Below, piece by piece: positions 29,661 through 40,004 of a DNA stretch of 64,000 nt. The stretch covers positions 4,192,001 to 4,256,000 of the forward strand of contig OZ244042.1 of NCBI GenBank assembly GCA_965215015.1, written 5' to 3'. Position numbers and translations under genes: made by a program. The notes below the pieces were generated by a model, which saw only the letters and a program-made list of their open reading frames with translations, made no database searches and was not told the DNA's origin. This stretch comes from Candidatus Poribacteria bacterium. GTDB taxonomy: Bacteria; Poribacteria; WGA-4E; PCPOR2b. Positions within the stretch are counted from its first letter, which is position 1. Every line of letters starts with the position of its first letter.

Positions 29661-32305
29661 AATCAGATGAAATTAGATCGAATTTTCTAGAATACTTCCG
29701 AAAACAGGGACATACAATTGTTCCGAGTGCTCCGTTAATCCCTGCCGACGACCCAACCTTGTTATTCACAAACGCTGGGATGAATCAGTTTAAGGACGTG
29801 TTTCTGGGAACAGGGCGACGCGAATACAAACGGGCTGCGGATACTCAAAAGGTGCTGCGTGTCAGTGGAAAACATAACGATTTGGAAGAGGTCGGCTACT
29901 CCCCGGGACACCACACCTTTTTTGAAATGTTGGGCAATTGGTCATTCGGAGACTACTATAAACGCGAAGCAATTGGCTACGCTTGGGAGTTAATTACAGA
30001 AATTTGGAAAGTCCCCAAGGAACTCCTCTGGGCAACGGTTCACGACACCGACGACGAGTCTGAAAAGCTGTGGCTTGAGGAGACCGATATACCCCTTGAC
30101 CGCATCCGCCGATTTGACAAAGATAATTTCTGGGAGATGGGAGATACAGGGCCCTGTGGTCCCTGTTCTGAGCTCTTTGTAGATCTCGGTCCTGAGATGG
30201 ATCCGGCGTCAGTTGACGATCCCTATACGGGTCCCAATGTCAGCGAACGATTTCGAGAGATTTGGAATTTGGTGTTTATTCAATACAATCGAGATGCTGA
30301 GGGTAAACTCCATCCGCTACCGGAGAAACATGTCGATACCGGCATGGGCTTTGAGCGGATAGTTGCCATCCTGCAAGGCGTCGATTCTAACTATAAGACA
30401 GACGTGTTTGTTCCGATTCTTGAAGAAATCTCTAACGTCACCAATCGGGACTATTTTGACGATGACCGTGGTGTGCCCCACCGTGTTATCGCAGATCACA
30501 TTCGGTGCCTCACATTTGCCATAGGCGATGGCGTGATGCCTTCCAACGAAGGGCGTGGTTATGTAATCCGCCGTATCTTACGTCGTGCTGTTCTATATGG
30601 CAAACGGTTGGGAATGGAACAACCGTTCATCTACAACCTTGTGGATAAGGTGATTGACCAGCTCGGTCCTGTTTTTCCCGATGTGCTGCCTCGTCAGGAC
30701 TTTATCAAGCGGATTATTCAAGGCGAAGAGGGACGGTTCCATCAGACCCTTGATCGCGGATTAGAAATTCTTCGAGGTTCGCTTGATGAACTTGAAACAC
30801 AGAATCAATCTGTTTTGTCAGGCAACCGAGCCTTTGAGCTGTATGACACCTTTGGGTTCCCCTTAGATTTGACACAGATGCTGGCACGTGAACGCAACTT
30901 TACCGTTGATGAAGATGGGTTTACTGCAAGCATGTCGCAGCAGCGAGAGCGCAGTCGTGCGGACTGGAAAGCCGCCGGTGGTGGGGACAAAGGAGAAGCA
31001 ATCTACGCGGACATCCTCAAAGAATATAAGACCACTGCGTTTCTAGGCTATGACCGGGCCCGCGCAGAAGCGGAAGTTATCGCTCTCATCCGAGAAGATG
31101 AGTTGGCATCGGGTGTCCATGAAGGCGAGGAGGTTTCCGTCATCCTGAATCAGACGCCTTTTTACGGGGACTCCGGCGGTCAAATCGGGGACGTTGGCGT
31201 CATCGAGAGTGAAAATGCGAAACTTAAAGTGCTTGATACTGTAAAACCTATTCCAGATTTGTTCGTTCATAAATGTAAGGTGATTGAAGGCGAGATTACT
31301 CCGCAGACACCGGTGGAAGCAAAAATTGATGCTCAACGTCGTCAACACATAGCTGTCAGCCACACGGCAACGCATATTCTCCATCATGCCCTGCGTACTG
31401 TCCTCGGAACGCACGTGGGTCAGGCAGGATCGCTTGTTGAGTCGGGGAGATCGCGCTTCGATTTTACGCACTACGAGGCTGTCAGTCCACAACACCTGCA
31501 AGAGATAGAGGGTGATATCAACGACAAGGTGCGTCTGAATAATGATGTCGAAACCGAATATCTGCCGCTGCAGGCAGCAAAAGACCGGGGTGCCCTTGCC
31601 TTCTTCGGTGAAAAGTACGGTGAGATTGTGCGCTTTGTGCAAATTGGGGACTACAGCCAGGAGCTGTGCGGCGGGACCCATGTCCATGCAGCTGGTGAAA
31701 TCGGGCTTGTGAAGATTATCAGTGAGAGCAGCATCGCTGCAGGCGTGCGCCGTGTTGAGGCATTGACCGGAGCTGCCGCTTATCAACACATCCGCTCCGA
31801 AGATGAGACGCTTGCTGCTATAGCGAATATGCTCAAGGTTCCAAAGCAATTAACCCCTGAACGGGTTGAAGCCCTTCTTCAAACCAATCGCGAGTTTGAA
31901 CGACAGATTAACGCGCTTCAATCACAGATGGCGCAATCGCAGGTTACTGATTTAGTCAATAACGCTGCGACCATTGACGGTTTTCGTGTGATTGCCGCTG
32001 CCCTCGAAAATACCGATCGAAACGGGCTCCGACAACTTGTTGATGATTTGAAAAATCGTATTGGAACTGGTGTTGTTGTACTCGCTTCGGCAACTGGTAA
32101 CGATGTTGTCTTTGCTGCCGGTGTTACTTCGGATCTCGTAAAAACACGTGGCTTACAAGCTGGAAAGATTATTCAAGCCGTGACGCGCCTCGCTGATGGC
32201 CGCGGCGGCGGGCGTCCTGAGCTTGCTCAAGGTGGCGGCAAAGATCCAAGCAAGATGAAAGAAGCAATTGATGCCGTCACGAAAATTGTGGCGGACCAGG
32301 TTTAA
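29657..32305 (+). CDS. alaS: Alanine--tRNA ligase
   Basis: DPTLLFTNAGMNQFK, HTFFEMLGNWSFGDY, HTATH, ELCGGTH, GGGRPELAQGGG. Confidence 0.98.
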   Translation: MKSDEIRSNFLEYFRKQGHTIVPSAPLIPADDPTLLFTNAGMNQFKDVFLGTGRREYKRAADTQKVLRVSGKHNDLEEVGYSPGHHTFFEMLGNWSFGDYYKREAIGYAWELITEIWKVPKELLWATVHDTDDESEKLWLEETDIPLDRIRRFDKDNFWEMGDTGPCGPCSELFVDLGPEMDPASVDDPYTGPNVSERFREIWNLVFIQYNRDAEGKLHPLPEKHVDTGMGFERIVAILQGVDSNYKTDVFVPILEEISNVTNRDYFDDDRGVPHRVIADHIRCLTFAIGDGVMPSNEGRGYVIRRILRRAVLYGKRLGMEQPFIYNLVDKVIDQLGPVFPDVLPRQDFIKRIIQGEEGRFHQTLDRGLEILRGSLDELETQNQSVLSGNRAFELYDTFGFPLDLTQMLARERNFTVDEDGFTASMSQQRERSRADWKAAGGGDKGEAIYADILKEYKTTAFLGYDRARAEAEVIALIREDELASGVHEGEEVSVILNQTPFYGDSGGQIGDVGVIESENAKLKVLDTVKPIPDLFVHKCKVIEGEITPQTPVEAKIDAQRRQHIAVSHTATHILHHALRTVLGTHVGQAGSLVESGRSRFDFTHYEAVSPQHLQEIEGDINDKVRLNNDVETEYLPLQAAKDRGALAFFGEKYGEIVRFVQIGDYSQELCGGTHVHAAGEIGLVKIISESSIAAGVRRVEALTGAAAYQHIRSEDETLAAIANMLKVPKQLTPERVEALLQTNREFERQINALQSQMAQSQVTDLVNNAATIDGFRVIAAALENTDRNGLRQLVDDLKNRIGTGVVVLASATGNDVVFAAGVTSDLVKTRGLQAGKIIQAVTRLADGRGGGRPELAQGGGKDPSKMKEAIDAVTKIVADQV

Positions 32306-32363
32306 ATATTGACTGACCCTCCCCCTAAAATCGGGATGGACATAGCTCCATAAGGAATGAAAT

Positions 32364-32915
32364 ATGGATAATCCGCTTTACTGGCAAATTCCTTTAGGTT
32401 TATTGTTATTGGTAATCGCTATTTTTTTAGTATGGTTGGGATCTCGAATTGGAAAGACTCTCAAAGCCGTGGAAAACTTGCTAGATAAAAGTGTTCCGAG
32501 TCTACTGACAGCAACTGAACAACTAGTAGGTGTACATAAAGATGTGAGCACTTTACTCACATCTATAGATGGAACCGTTACGGAATTGAATCAAAAACTT
32601 CCTCAGTTGCTTGAGAATATCAATGGAATTACCGCTTCCATTCAGCAGATGAGTGAGTCGGAGATTCTACCAACGACACATAACATTCAAGAAATAACCG
32701 AAACTGTAAACCAAAACATTGCGAAAATCGATGAATTAGTGAACACTGTCAGAGATTTTTCGCAAACAACAATCAAACATGCGGAATATTATCGAGATCA
32801 ACTTTCCGTCCCTGTCAAAGATGTCATCAGTGCATGGAGTGCGCTTAAAGCAAGCTGGGAGGTATTCGGTCGCTCGCGGAAATCGCACACATCGGATGAA
32901 AAACAAAATGAGTAG
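32364..32915 (+). CDS. DUF948/YoxC-like membrane-anchored coiled-coil protein
   Basis: N-terminal TM helix followed by heptad repeats; adjacent to a YtxH gene. Confidence 0.6.
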   Translation: MDNPLYWQIPLGLLLLVIAIFLVWLGSRIGKTLKAVENLLDKSVPSLLTATEQLVGVHKDVSTLLTSIDGTVTELNQKLPQLLENINGITASIQQMSESEILPTTHNIQEITETVNQNIAKIDELVNTVRDFSQTTIKHAEYYRDQLSVPVKDVISAWSALKASWEVFGRSRKSHTSDEKQNE

Positions 32916-33082
32916 ATCGTTGTTGTGTAGCAGTTGCGCCGAGTTTGTTAGAGTACGGAAAATGATGGGTGATAGGTTATCACACTTCTTACACATTAGA
33001 TCCACTCACGCGTTGTCATTGGAAAAATTGTAAGGGCGTAAACGTACGCCCAAACTTAACTATAACTAAGGAGGTTACTCAA

Positions 33083-33463
33083 ATGGATAGCGAAAAACAA
33101 GGCAATGGGCTTGTTATACTTTTAGCATTTTTTATGGGAGGCTTAGTCGGTTCACTTCTCGGTTTACTCTTTGCTCCCATGGCTGGCAGAGAGACACGAG
33201 AAAAGATTCGTGATGCTTCTACGGATGTCAAGGACCGAACCATCAGCACTGCCCATCGAGCAAGGGATATGACAACCGAAAGGGTTACTGACTTGGTCGA
33301 CAAAGGGAAAGCACAAGTAGATGGAGCAACGGAGAGTGTGAAAGCCGCTGTCGAGGCTGGGAAAACCGCTTTTGTCGAAAAGAAGTCGGAACTGGCGAAT
33401 ATCCTTTCTCGTGATAAGGACGAGGAAGAAGCCGAAGCCAACCCCGAGAAAACGGTTAGTTAA
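33083..33463 (+). CDS. YtxH domain protein
   Basis: AFFMGGLVGSLLGLLFAPMAGRETREKI; AAGGAGG RBS. Confidence 0.88.
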   Translation: MDSEKQGNGLVILLAFFMGGLVGSLLGLLFAPMAGRETREKIRDASTDVKDRTISTAHRARDMTTERVTDLVDKGKAQVDGATESVKAAVEAGKTAFVEKKSELANILSRDKDEEEAEANPEKTVS

Positions 33464-33518
33464 AATCCACACCTTGCACAACAGGAGGGACAGTACAGCT
33501 TGAGACCTGTCCCAACAC

Positions 33519-33559
33519 AGAAGCCACAGGTAGAAGTGCTAAATGTCTGTGGCTTCTTT
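33519..33559 (+). terminator. Stem-loop after ytxH (possible terminator)
   Basis: AGAAGCCACAG (33519-33529) / CTGTGGCTTCT (33547-33557), short T tail. Confidence 0.4.
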
Positions 33560-33576
33560 ACTGGAGCGAATGTTCA

Positions 33577-34332
33577 ATGAATCTCGACAGATTACGCGTG
33601 CTCTTGGAGGGTGTTAAACGCGGTGAAGTTGATATTAATGAGGCAATACAATCTCTGCGTCATCTACCGTTTGAAGATTTGGGGTTTTCTAAAGTTGACC
33701 ACCATCGCCAACTACGCAAAGGTTTCCCAGAGGTTATCTTTTGTCAAGGGAAAACGGTTGATCAGGTAAAGGAGATTAGCAGACGCATACTCGCCGCCGG
33801 TCATCTCCTCCTCGCTACCCGTGCTACCCCAGAAATTTACGACGCGGTAGCTGCCCTTGACTCATCAGCCCGCTTTAATGAGCTGGGACGTACTATCACG
33901 ATTGGGGAATCGTCCGGTGAACTGCATGATGGCATCTTAGTTGTATCCGCTGGCACGTCCGACATTCCTGTGGCTGAGGAAGCAGTAGAAACCGCGCAAA
34001 TTATGGGCAACCGTGTAGAGCGGCTATATGATGTCGGCGTTGCTGGCTTGCATCGTCTACTCAATAATCATGAAAAACTAATCCAAGCCCGTGTGCTCGT
34101 CGTCGTGGCAGGCATGGAGGGGGCATTAGCAAGTGTTGTCGGGGGGCTGGTGGATAAGCCTGTCGTCGCCGTACCAACAAGTATTGGGTACGGAGCGAGC
34201 TTTGGCGGCGTTGCAGCCCTGTTGAGTATGCTAAATAGTTGTGCTTCGGGCGTGACCGCTGTTAACATCGACAACGGATTTGGAGGGGGCTATAGCGCGT
34301 CATTGATTAATCAACTCCACGTCTCTAAATAA
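33577..34332 (+). CDS. larB: Nickel pincer cofactor biosynthesis protein LarB (PurE-related)
   Basis: VDHHRQLRKGFPEVIFCQGKT, AGTSDIPVAEEA, DVGVAGLHRL, AVPTSIGYGAS, NIDNGFG. Confidence 0.92.
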   Translation: MNLDRLRVLLEGVKRGEVDINEAIQSLRHLPFEDLGFSKVDHHRQLRKGFPEVIFCQGKTVDQVKEISRRILAAGHLLLATRATPEIYDAVAALDSSARFNELGRTITIGESSGELHDGILVVSAGTSDIPVAEEAVETAQIMGNRVERLYDVGVAGLHRLLNNHEKLIQARVLVVVAGMEGALASVVGGLVDKPVVAVPTSIGYGASFGGVAALLSMLNSCASGVTAVNIDNGFGGGYSASLINQLHVSK

Positions 34333-34523
34333 AAGATTCGTTAGATTATTTGTTGCATTATAACTATATTTCTAAAAATCTACATCACCACCGCCGCCCT
34401 AGCTGAAATCTAAAGCCAAATCTCTCACAAATCTTGATAGCACAATCAATGTTTTCACTGAAGGAAGGTGAATACCAAATAACCCAAATGATAACGATAC
34501 CCCCATTAAGTTAAAAAGGAAAA

Positions 34524-36182
34524 TTGATGACGATAAGAATTCATTATGAAAATGTATTAGCAGTGGTAGAGGCGTTTGCTGCACAAGCCTTGCGATTGCA
34601 GGTACTCGATCCATCAGAGCGCGATTATGGTGGATTCCGCTGCCCGGAGCACTGGATATGTGAACCACTAGCAGCAGCAAATACCCTTGCATCGCTGGCA
34701 GTTCTCTATATGACCCCAGATTCTCGATATTATCACAATTCAGAACTTTCTAATCGGCTGCACTTAGCGATGCGATTTCTCACCCATTCCCAGCGCGCAG
34801 ACGGTACAATCGATGGATACGCTCGAGGTGATATACGCGCAACTCCTACGATGGCGGAAACTGCACACGCGCTCTTTCTAGCGTACCGATGGCTTGCTCG
34901 TGAGAACGAACACCAAGCCTTACTTCAACGGATTGGGGATTTTCTCCGCAAAGGTATCGAAGCAATCAAGAACAAGCCTGTTTTTACTTCGCATGATTGC
35001 TGGGTTGCTGCAGCCGCACTCGTCGAATTTGATAAACAGTTTGCAGATAGTGCCGCCTTAGGGAGAGCCGAAAGTTATTTACAAGAAGGCATCAACATCA
35101 ACAGCGAAGGGATTTATGACCACCGAAGCCCCGTTTATAGTATGCTATCCAACGCAATGTTATTCAGCCTCGCCGAGAAGTTAAATCGGCCTGCCTTGTT
35201 GGAATATGTTCGACGCAGCCTCAATTTTCTGCTTTATACTTTCCACCCCAACGGTGAAACAGCAACCGAATTTTCGGATCACAAGGGTAGAGAGAATGGT
35301 CTACCCACAGGCTATAGTGTCTGGAAAAATATGTCGATTATCGATCATAATGGTTACTATGCAACAGCAGCCGATTTAACACTAGCCACCTACCTCCGCC
35401 GCATTGACAACGGGCTTATTCGTCCGAACCTTAACCATCCCAACCGGCACTTCAAACAGGAAGGTGTCTCCCGTTTCTCTATGACCGCCGATATTGGTGA
35501 ATTGCTGGCGATTGAATCTGAGCGGAATAACGACTCGATTACCCGACTCCCCCTACCGCGTCAATATGAAGAGAAGTACACACAGTCTAACATCGCCCGC
35601 ATTCAAAGAGTCCGGATAAGTCTAACAATTATCGGTGACAAGCAAACTCTGTTTACTCTCCGAAATGGGGAAGCGATTATTGATGGCTTTCGTATTAAAT
35701 ATATCTACCACGGTTTTCGCGATTATGAGCCGACAGGGTTGACAGTTGACGGAAGGCATTACCTCACCCAAAATCAAGTGATTCAATATGTGTACAAGCC
35801 AACATTAACAAGGCGGGAAGTTATTCCATTGAATCTTCGGATTTTCACAGAAATCAAACCGATTTCAGATGGCTTGGAGCTTCGTATCACAACAGAAGGC
35901 GAATCACGGATTCCACTTCAACTTGAATTTGGACTGCGGCAAGCGGGGAGTTTATATATCGGCGAGATGGCGCATGACTTGTCCGAGACCGATGTTATTT
36001 TCCTCGACAAGGAACCGGCACGGATTGTCAACGGGACCGATGAGATTGAAATCAATGGTGGTATCACCGCGCACAAAATCCATAGCTTTGACGATGACTG
36101 GACGATGAATCGGGAAACAGCGCGGTTGCTGATTACCCCCATAACCCCTTATGAGGGTGTGATTCGGTTGACATGTCGCTAG
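34524..36182 (+). CDS. Hypothetical protein (probable helical barrel plus beta-sandwich)
   Basis: 552-aa ORF with RBS; helical N-terminal half and beta-rich C-terminal half; no family recognised with confidence. Confidence 0.7.
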   Translation: MMTIRIHYENVLAVVEAFAAQALRLQVLDPSERDYGGFRCPEHWICEPLAAANTLASLAVLYMTPDSRYYHNSELSNRLHLAMRFLTHSQRADGTIDGYARGDIRATPTMAETAHALFLAYRWLARENEHQALLQRIGDFLRKGIEAIKNKPVFTSHDCWVAAAALVEFDKQFADSAALGRAESYLQEGININSEGIYDHRSPVYSMLSNAMLFSLAEKLNRPALLEYVRRSLNFLLYTFHPNGETATEFSDHKGRENGLPTGYSVWKNMSIIDHNGYYATAADLTLATYLRRIDNGLIRPNLNHPNRHFKQEGVSRFSMTADIGELLAIESERNNDSITRLPLPRQYEEKYTQSNIARIQRVRISLTIIGDKQTLFTLRNGEAIIDGFRIKYIYHGFRDYEPTGLTVDGRHYLTQNQVIQYVYKPTLTRREVIPLNLRIFTEIKPISDGLELRITTEGESRIPLQLEFGLRQAGSLYIGEMAHDLSETDVIFLDKEPARIVNGTDEIEINGGITAHKIHSFDDDWTMNRETARLLITPITPYEGVIRLTCR

Positions 36183-37423
36183 CGTAAAACAGGCAAAGAG
36201 GTCTGCTCACATTTTATCGTTTCTGTGTCGGTAATGCTCTCCTTATCTAATCGTTTGTCCTCCCCCCTCCCATGGACCATGTATTTTTCACATGCTTTGA
36301 TGACCTCATTGACCTGTATTGTATACATACAAGGCGAAGTTCCGTCAGAAAGTGCTGAGCAGCCATACTCAAAGCCGAGATTGAGGCAGGGGCTGCACGG
36401 CAGATTCACATGAAGAATTGTGTGCCCTTTCCCCCAGGGGCCCCACTGCGAGGGGTTTGTCGGGCCATGTAAGGCAACGACCGGCGTGCCAGCAGCAGCA
36501 GCGAGGTGCATAGGCCCACAGTTGCCGCAAATAACAAAATCAGCACTGGCAAACAGTGCAGCGAGTTGATTGATTTGGGTTTTGCCGGCTGCGACAGCGC
36601 AAGATGACTGGATTTGTGAAGCGATTTGCTGTGAGAGTTCAACTTCTGAAGGATCGCCCGTCAAGATAATTTGTGCGTGATAACGCTCGACAAGGGCATC
36701 GGCAACCGATACAAATCTATCGTGGGGCAGCCGTCGTCTCGGTTCACCACGCCTGCCCGCTTCTGGATGAATGGCAATAACCGGTCTGTTTGAATCGATA
36801 CCCATCTCAACCAGAAATCCCTTCGCCCAATCCTCGTCTTCCCTTTTCAGCCACACCTCCAAATCTGTTTCCCTAACCGGACACCCCAATAAACTCGCAA
36901 TCTTCAAAAAATTGACCACCTCGTGCTGTCCCGGTACATGCTCGACGACATCAGTAAAAAGGTAGTGTCGATGTTGCCCGCCTGACCGAAATCCGATTCT
37001 TCTTGATGCACCGCTCCCGTAAGTAATTAACGCACTGAACCTGGCCCAATGTTCAAAGTCGATTACCCAATCGAATTTTTGATGGCGCAACGCCATGATA
37101 AACGCGATCAGCTTCCACGGTGATTTCATTAGTTCCTCTAAACGGCACGGAATATGTCGATCAATATAAGGGCAGCCTTCCAGATATTGTAGATTGATAG
37201 ACGACGCGACCATCACCAAGTGTGCATTCGGAAAGTGCCCTCGAATCGCTCGGACTGTTGGAATTGTCAGGATGGTATCACCGATTGCAGACAGCTGGAT
37301 AAGCAAAATGCGCTGCGGATCTCGATAGCCGACTGTCGAACGAAATTGAAATCCACCGAGCAGTAAGCAGAGGAGGCTACCGATATAGCGATCTATAATC
37401 TTTTGTAGCCTATTTGGGTGCAT
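36179..37423 (-). CDS. Glycosyltransferase family 9 (heptosyltransferase-like)
   Basis: LSAIGDTIL, GPMHLAAAAGTPVVALHGPT, CSPC. Confidence 0.9.
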   Translation of the reverse strand: MHPNRLQKIIDRYIGSLLCLLLGGFQFRSTVGYRDPQRILLIQLSAIGDTILTIPTVRAIRGHFPNAHLVMVASSINLQYLEGCPYIDRHIPCRLEELMKSPWKLIAFIMALRHQKFDWVIDFEHWARFSALITYGSGASRRIGFRSGGQHRHYLFTDVVEHVPGQHEVVNFLKIASLLGCPVRETDLEVWLKREDEDWAKGFLVEMGIDSNRPVIAIHPEAGRRGEPRRRLPHDRFVSVADALVERYHAQIILTGDPSEVELSQQIASQIQSSCAVAAGKTQINQLAALFASADFVICGNCGPMHLAAAAGTPVVALHGPTNPSQWGPWGKGHTILHVNLPCSPCLNLGFEYGCSALSDGTSPCMYTIQVNEVIKACEKYMVHGRGEDKRLDKESITDTETIKCEQTSLPVLR

Positions 37424-37809
37424 CGGTTTTCGCTCCGAGGGTTTGCACCAGTTAGGACATACAGGCTTGGGTTATCTAAACCGTTCTGGGCGTTGGAAAG
37501 ATTCTAAGCCTGCGGAAAACAGCGATTTCAGGGGATATACTCGCAAATACCTGTTGGCATATAATTCGCCTGCCTCTGGCATGAATCACTATTGTTCGTT
37601 GACCCAAGATACTGTGATTTGCCAATAGGCAAGATGAGCAAGTTGTCGAATTGATGTATCTGGTGAACAAGGCAATCGGTTATAAGACAGAACGTTCCTG
37701 ATAACCAAATGCTATACAAGATTATCTACCGTAGGCAATAACGATTGGTGTTCCCTACAACTTGCATTACAGTATATCATATCATAGTGTGATTACAACT
37801 TTGAAGCTG

Positions 37810-38718
37810 TCATTTTTTATATTTGAACCGTGCAATCGCGCTTTGCTTTGCTGACCCTGCATGTGCATAATGTGCTGGCATCTGAGGTGATTTCCATCGT
37901 CCCGCGACTTGCATATCCATAACAGACGCCCCGGCTTGGGCAAGCGAGACAGCAGAGCCGACACGAAGGGAATGTCCAGAGATAAAACCTTCTACACCCG
38001 CCTCGCGTGCCCTACGCTTGATAGCGTTTCTTGCACCCTCAACCGATAACCTGCTGCTGGTTATGTTGTCACCGCGCCGGATCCGCCGAAAAAGGGGACC
38101 ATTGGTGATTCGTCCGGCCTCACGGTACCGTCTTATCACCTCCTGCGTGGGAATCCCAACGTACAGCGTCGCAGCTGCCTCCTCTGGATCAGTCTTTGAT
38201 TGATGGATTGTCAACACGCTACCGACATCCGCTACATCTATTGCGACCGCTTCACTAATTCGTAACAGACAATCGCTCATCAACCGAATCAGTGCCGAAT
38301 CTCTTAATCCAGTGACGGTTTCCTTCGCTTCGGCAAGCGTACAGACCTGATCTACCTCCTCCCAGGTTATCCCATCTACCTGCCCTCGTCCTCGGTTTTT
38401 GCCTTCACGCCGAATGCCAGCTAGTGTCTGTTCCGTTATCGCGAAAGAGAAGTCGCTAACTTCCAGTCCGCGATTTTTTGTCACCCACTTGACCGAAGCG
38501 ACGATTTTATTGATTGTCGCCGGCGATTTTCCACCTTGATATAGCTCCGTGATGTAATTTGCGAGTAGGTTATCGCTCGGGGAGCACCCCTCCAACCAAA
38601 TCTCGAATTGTTGGGTTGCCTGTTGATACGCCTTGACGGTGTTCGGTGCGATGCTAGCTTTGACTAACTCCTCCGTGGCGTCGCTGATAGCGGCAGAGTT
38701 CCGATTTGATTCATTCAT
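37810..38718 (-). CDS. Cre-like tyrosine recombinase
   Basis: RDSALI...LLRISE, SKTD, GHSLRVG, AGRW, HY catalytic set; ATG 38718 with GGAGG RBS. Confidence 0.9.
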   Translation of the reverse strand: MNESNRNSAAISDATEELVKASIAPNTVKAYQQATQQFEIWLEGCSPSDNLLANYITELYQGGKSPATINKIVASVKWVTKNRGLEVSDFSFAITEQTLAGIRREGKNRGRGQVDGITWEEVDQVCTLAEAKETVTGLRDSALIRLMSDCLLRISEAVAIDVADVGSVLTIHQSKTDPEEAAATLYVGIPTQEVIRRYREAGRITNGPLFRRIRRGDNITSSRLSVEGARNAIKRRAREAGVEGFISGHSLRVGSAVSLAQAGASVMDMQVAGRWKSPQMPAHYAHAGSAKQSAIARFKYKK

Positions 38719-38939
38719 GATTATTCCTCCATGACTAGATTCTGTTGACATTTGATAAATTGAACCCATCAATCCTGATGCACGTGAGACGATTTCAGAC
38801 TCATGATACTCGGCCCCGGTTGGGCGAGGCAACCTAACCTACTTGATATGTAAGCAAATAGATAATTCCATAAAATTACTATTCTACAATTGCAATTCCC
38901 CTAACTAGAAGAAGGCAGGACATTCCTGAATCCCAAGTG

Positions 38940-40004
38940 CTACAGGTCATTGACTGCAGCTGAATCAAGCCGCGGAATGAGGCGCAGCAGCAGATCTAAC
39001 GCCGCTCGGTAGTCGTCGATATTGATGATGGACACATGACTGTGGACATAACGGGCGGGGACTCCTAACACGATTGATGGTACGCCACGCCCGACCTGGT
39101 GGATCGCCCCGGCGTCCGTCCCACCGGAAGTCCGCACAGCAATCTGATGTGGAATTTGGTGCGCGGTTGCAGTTTCAATCGTAAGTTCTGCCAAACGTGG
39201 ATTGGCAATCATTGAGGGATCATACAACCGAATCTGCACGCCGCCTCCTAACTTTCCCTGCAAGGTATCGCTGCTAGCCCCCGGCAAATCGTCTGCGGGC
39301 GGGCCCTCCAGCACAATCGCCATATCCGGCTCCACTGCAGCGGCTACTGTTCGTGCGCCGCGCAGCCCGACCTCCTCCTGCACACTCCCGGTGCCGATAA
39401 CCGTGTTCGGGTGCTCACCGAGTTGCTCGAGGGTTTCAATAACTAAACCCACACCAACGCGATTATCAAATGCCTTTGCAGAAAACAGCTTGGGGTTTCT
39501 CATCGGTATGAACGGGCCATAAGGAACAATTGGGCAACCGGGTTTCACCCCATACTCCTCCATTGCCTGTTCAGCACTTTCCGCCCCGATATCAATGTAC
39601 AGATCTTTAATATCTATCACCTGATCACGCGCCCCGGCACTTAGGAGATGGGGCGGCGTAGATCCAATCACGCCAGAAACCTTACCCTGTTTCGTCAAAA
39701 TATTGACCCGTTGTGCAAGCAGCGTATGCGCCCACCATCCACCGACCGTGAGAAATTTGATATATCCCGCTCCTGTCACGCTCTGAACGATAAACCCGAC
39801 TTCATCCATGTGCGAATCAAGCAGGATACGCGGTTGTTCAGTCTTTCCGCTCTTTATGCAAAAAATACTTCCCAACCGATCCCTTTGGATAACCCCAATC
39901 CCTTCCAGGCGCGAATGGAAGATTTGTCTGACCTCTTCCTCATGTCCAGGGATGGCATCCGCCTGAGTGAGTTCTGTAAGCAGTTCAACCGATATTTGGC
40001 TCAT
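38940..40004 (-). CDS. M42 family metallopeptidase
   Basis: SHMDEVG, KAFDNRVG, QEEVGLRGA, GGTDAG, RYVHS. Confidence 0.93.
   Translation of the reverse strand: MSQISVELLTELTQADAIPGHEEEVRQIFHSRLEGIGVIQRDRLGSIFCIKSGKTEQPRILLDSHMDEVGFIVQSVTGAGYIKFLTVGGWWAHTLLAQRVNILTKQGKVSGVIGSTPPHLLSAGARDQVIDIKDLYIDIGAESAEQAMEEYGVKPGCPIVPYGPFIPMRNPKLFSAKAFDNRVGVGLVIETLEQLGEHPNTVIGTGSVQEEVGLRGARTVAAAVEPDMAIVLEGPPADDLPGASSDTLQGKLGGGVQIRLYDPSMIANPRLAELTIETATAHQIPHQIAVRTSGGTDAGAIHQVGRGVPSIVLGVPARYVHSHVSIINIDDYRAALDLLLRLIPRLDSAAVNDL

Noticed and set aside
31043-31849. 268-aa antisense ORF in alaS and similar shadow ORFs throughout the track
   Set aside because: Expected antisense frames of strong genes; no RBS or recognisable motifs.
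37424-37809. Small ORFs between the GT9 gene and the recombinase as cargo or an excisionase
   Set aside because: No RBS or protein-like motifs; the region is partly REP-like palindromes.
37755-38896. CTACAACTTGCATT / CTACAATTGCAATT on either side of the recombinase as attL/attR
   Set aside because: Short, gapped and AT-rich; the left copy starts with the CTAC end of a REP-like palindrome, so chance is likely.
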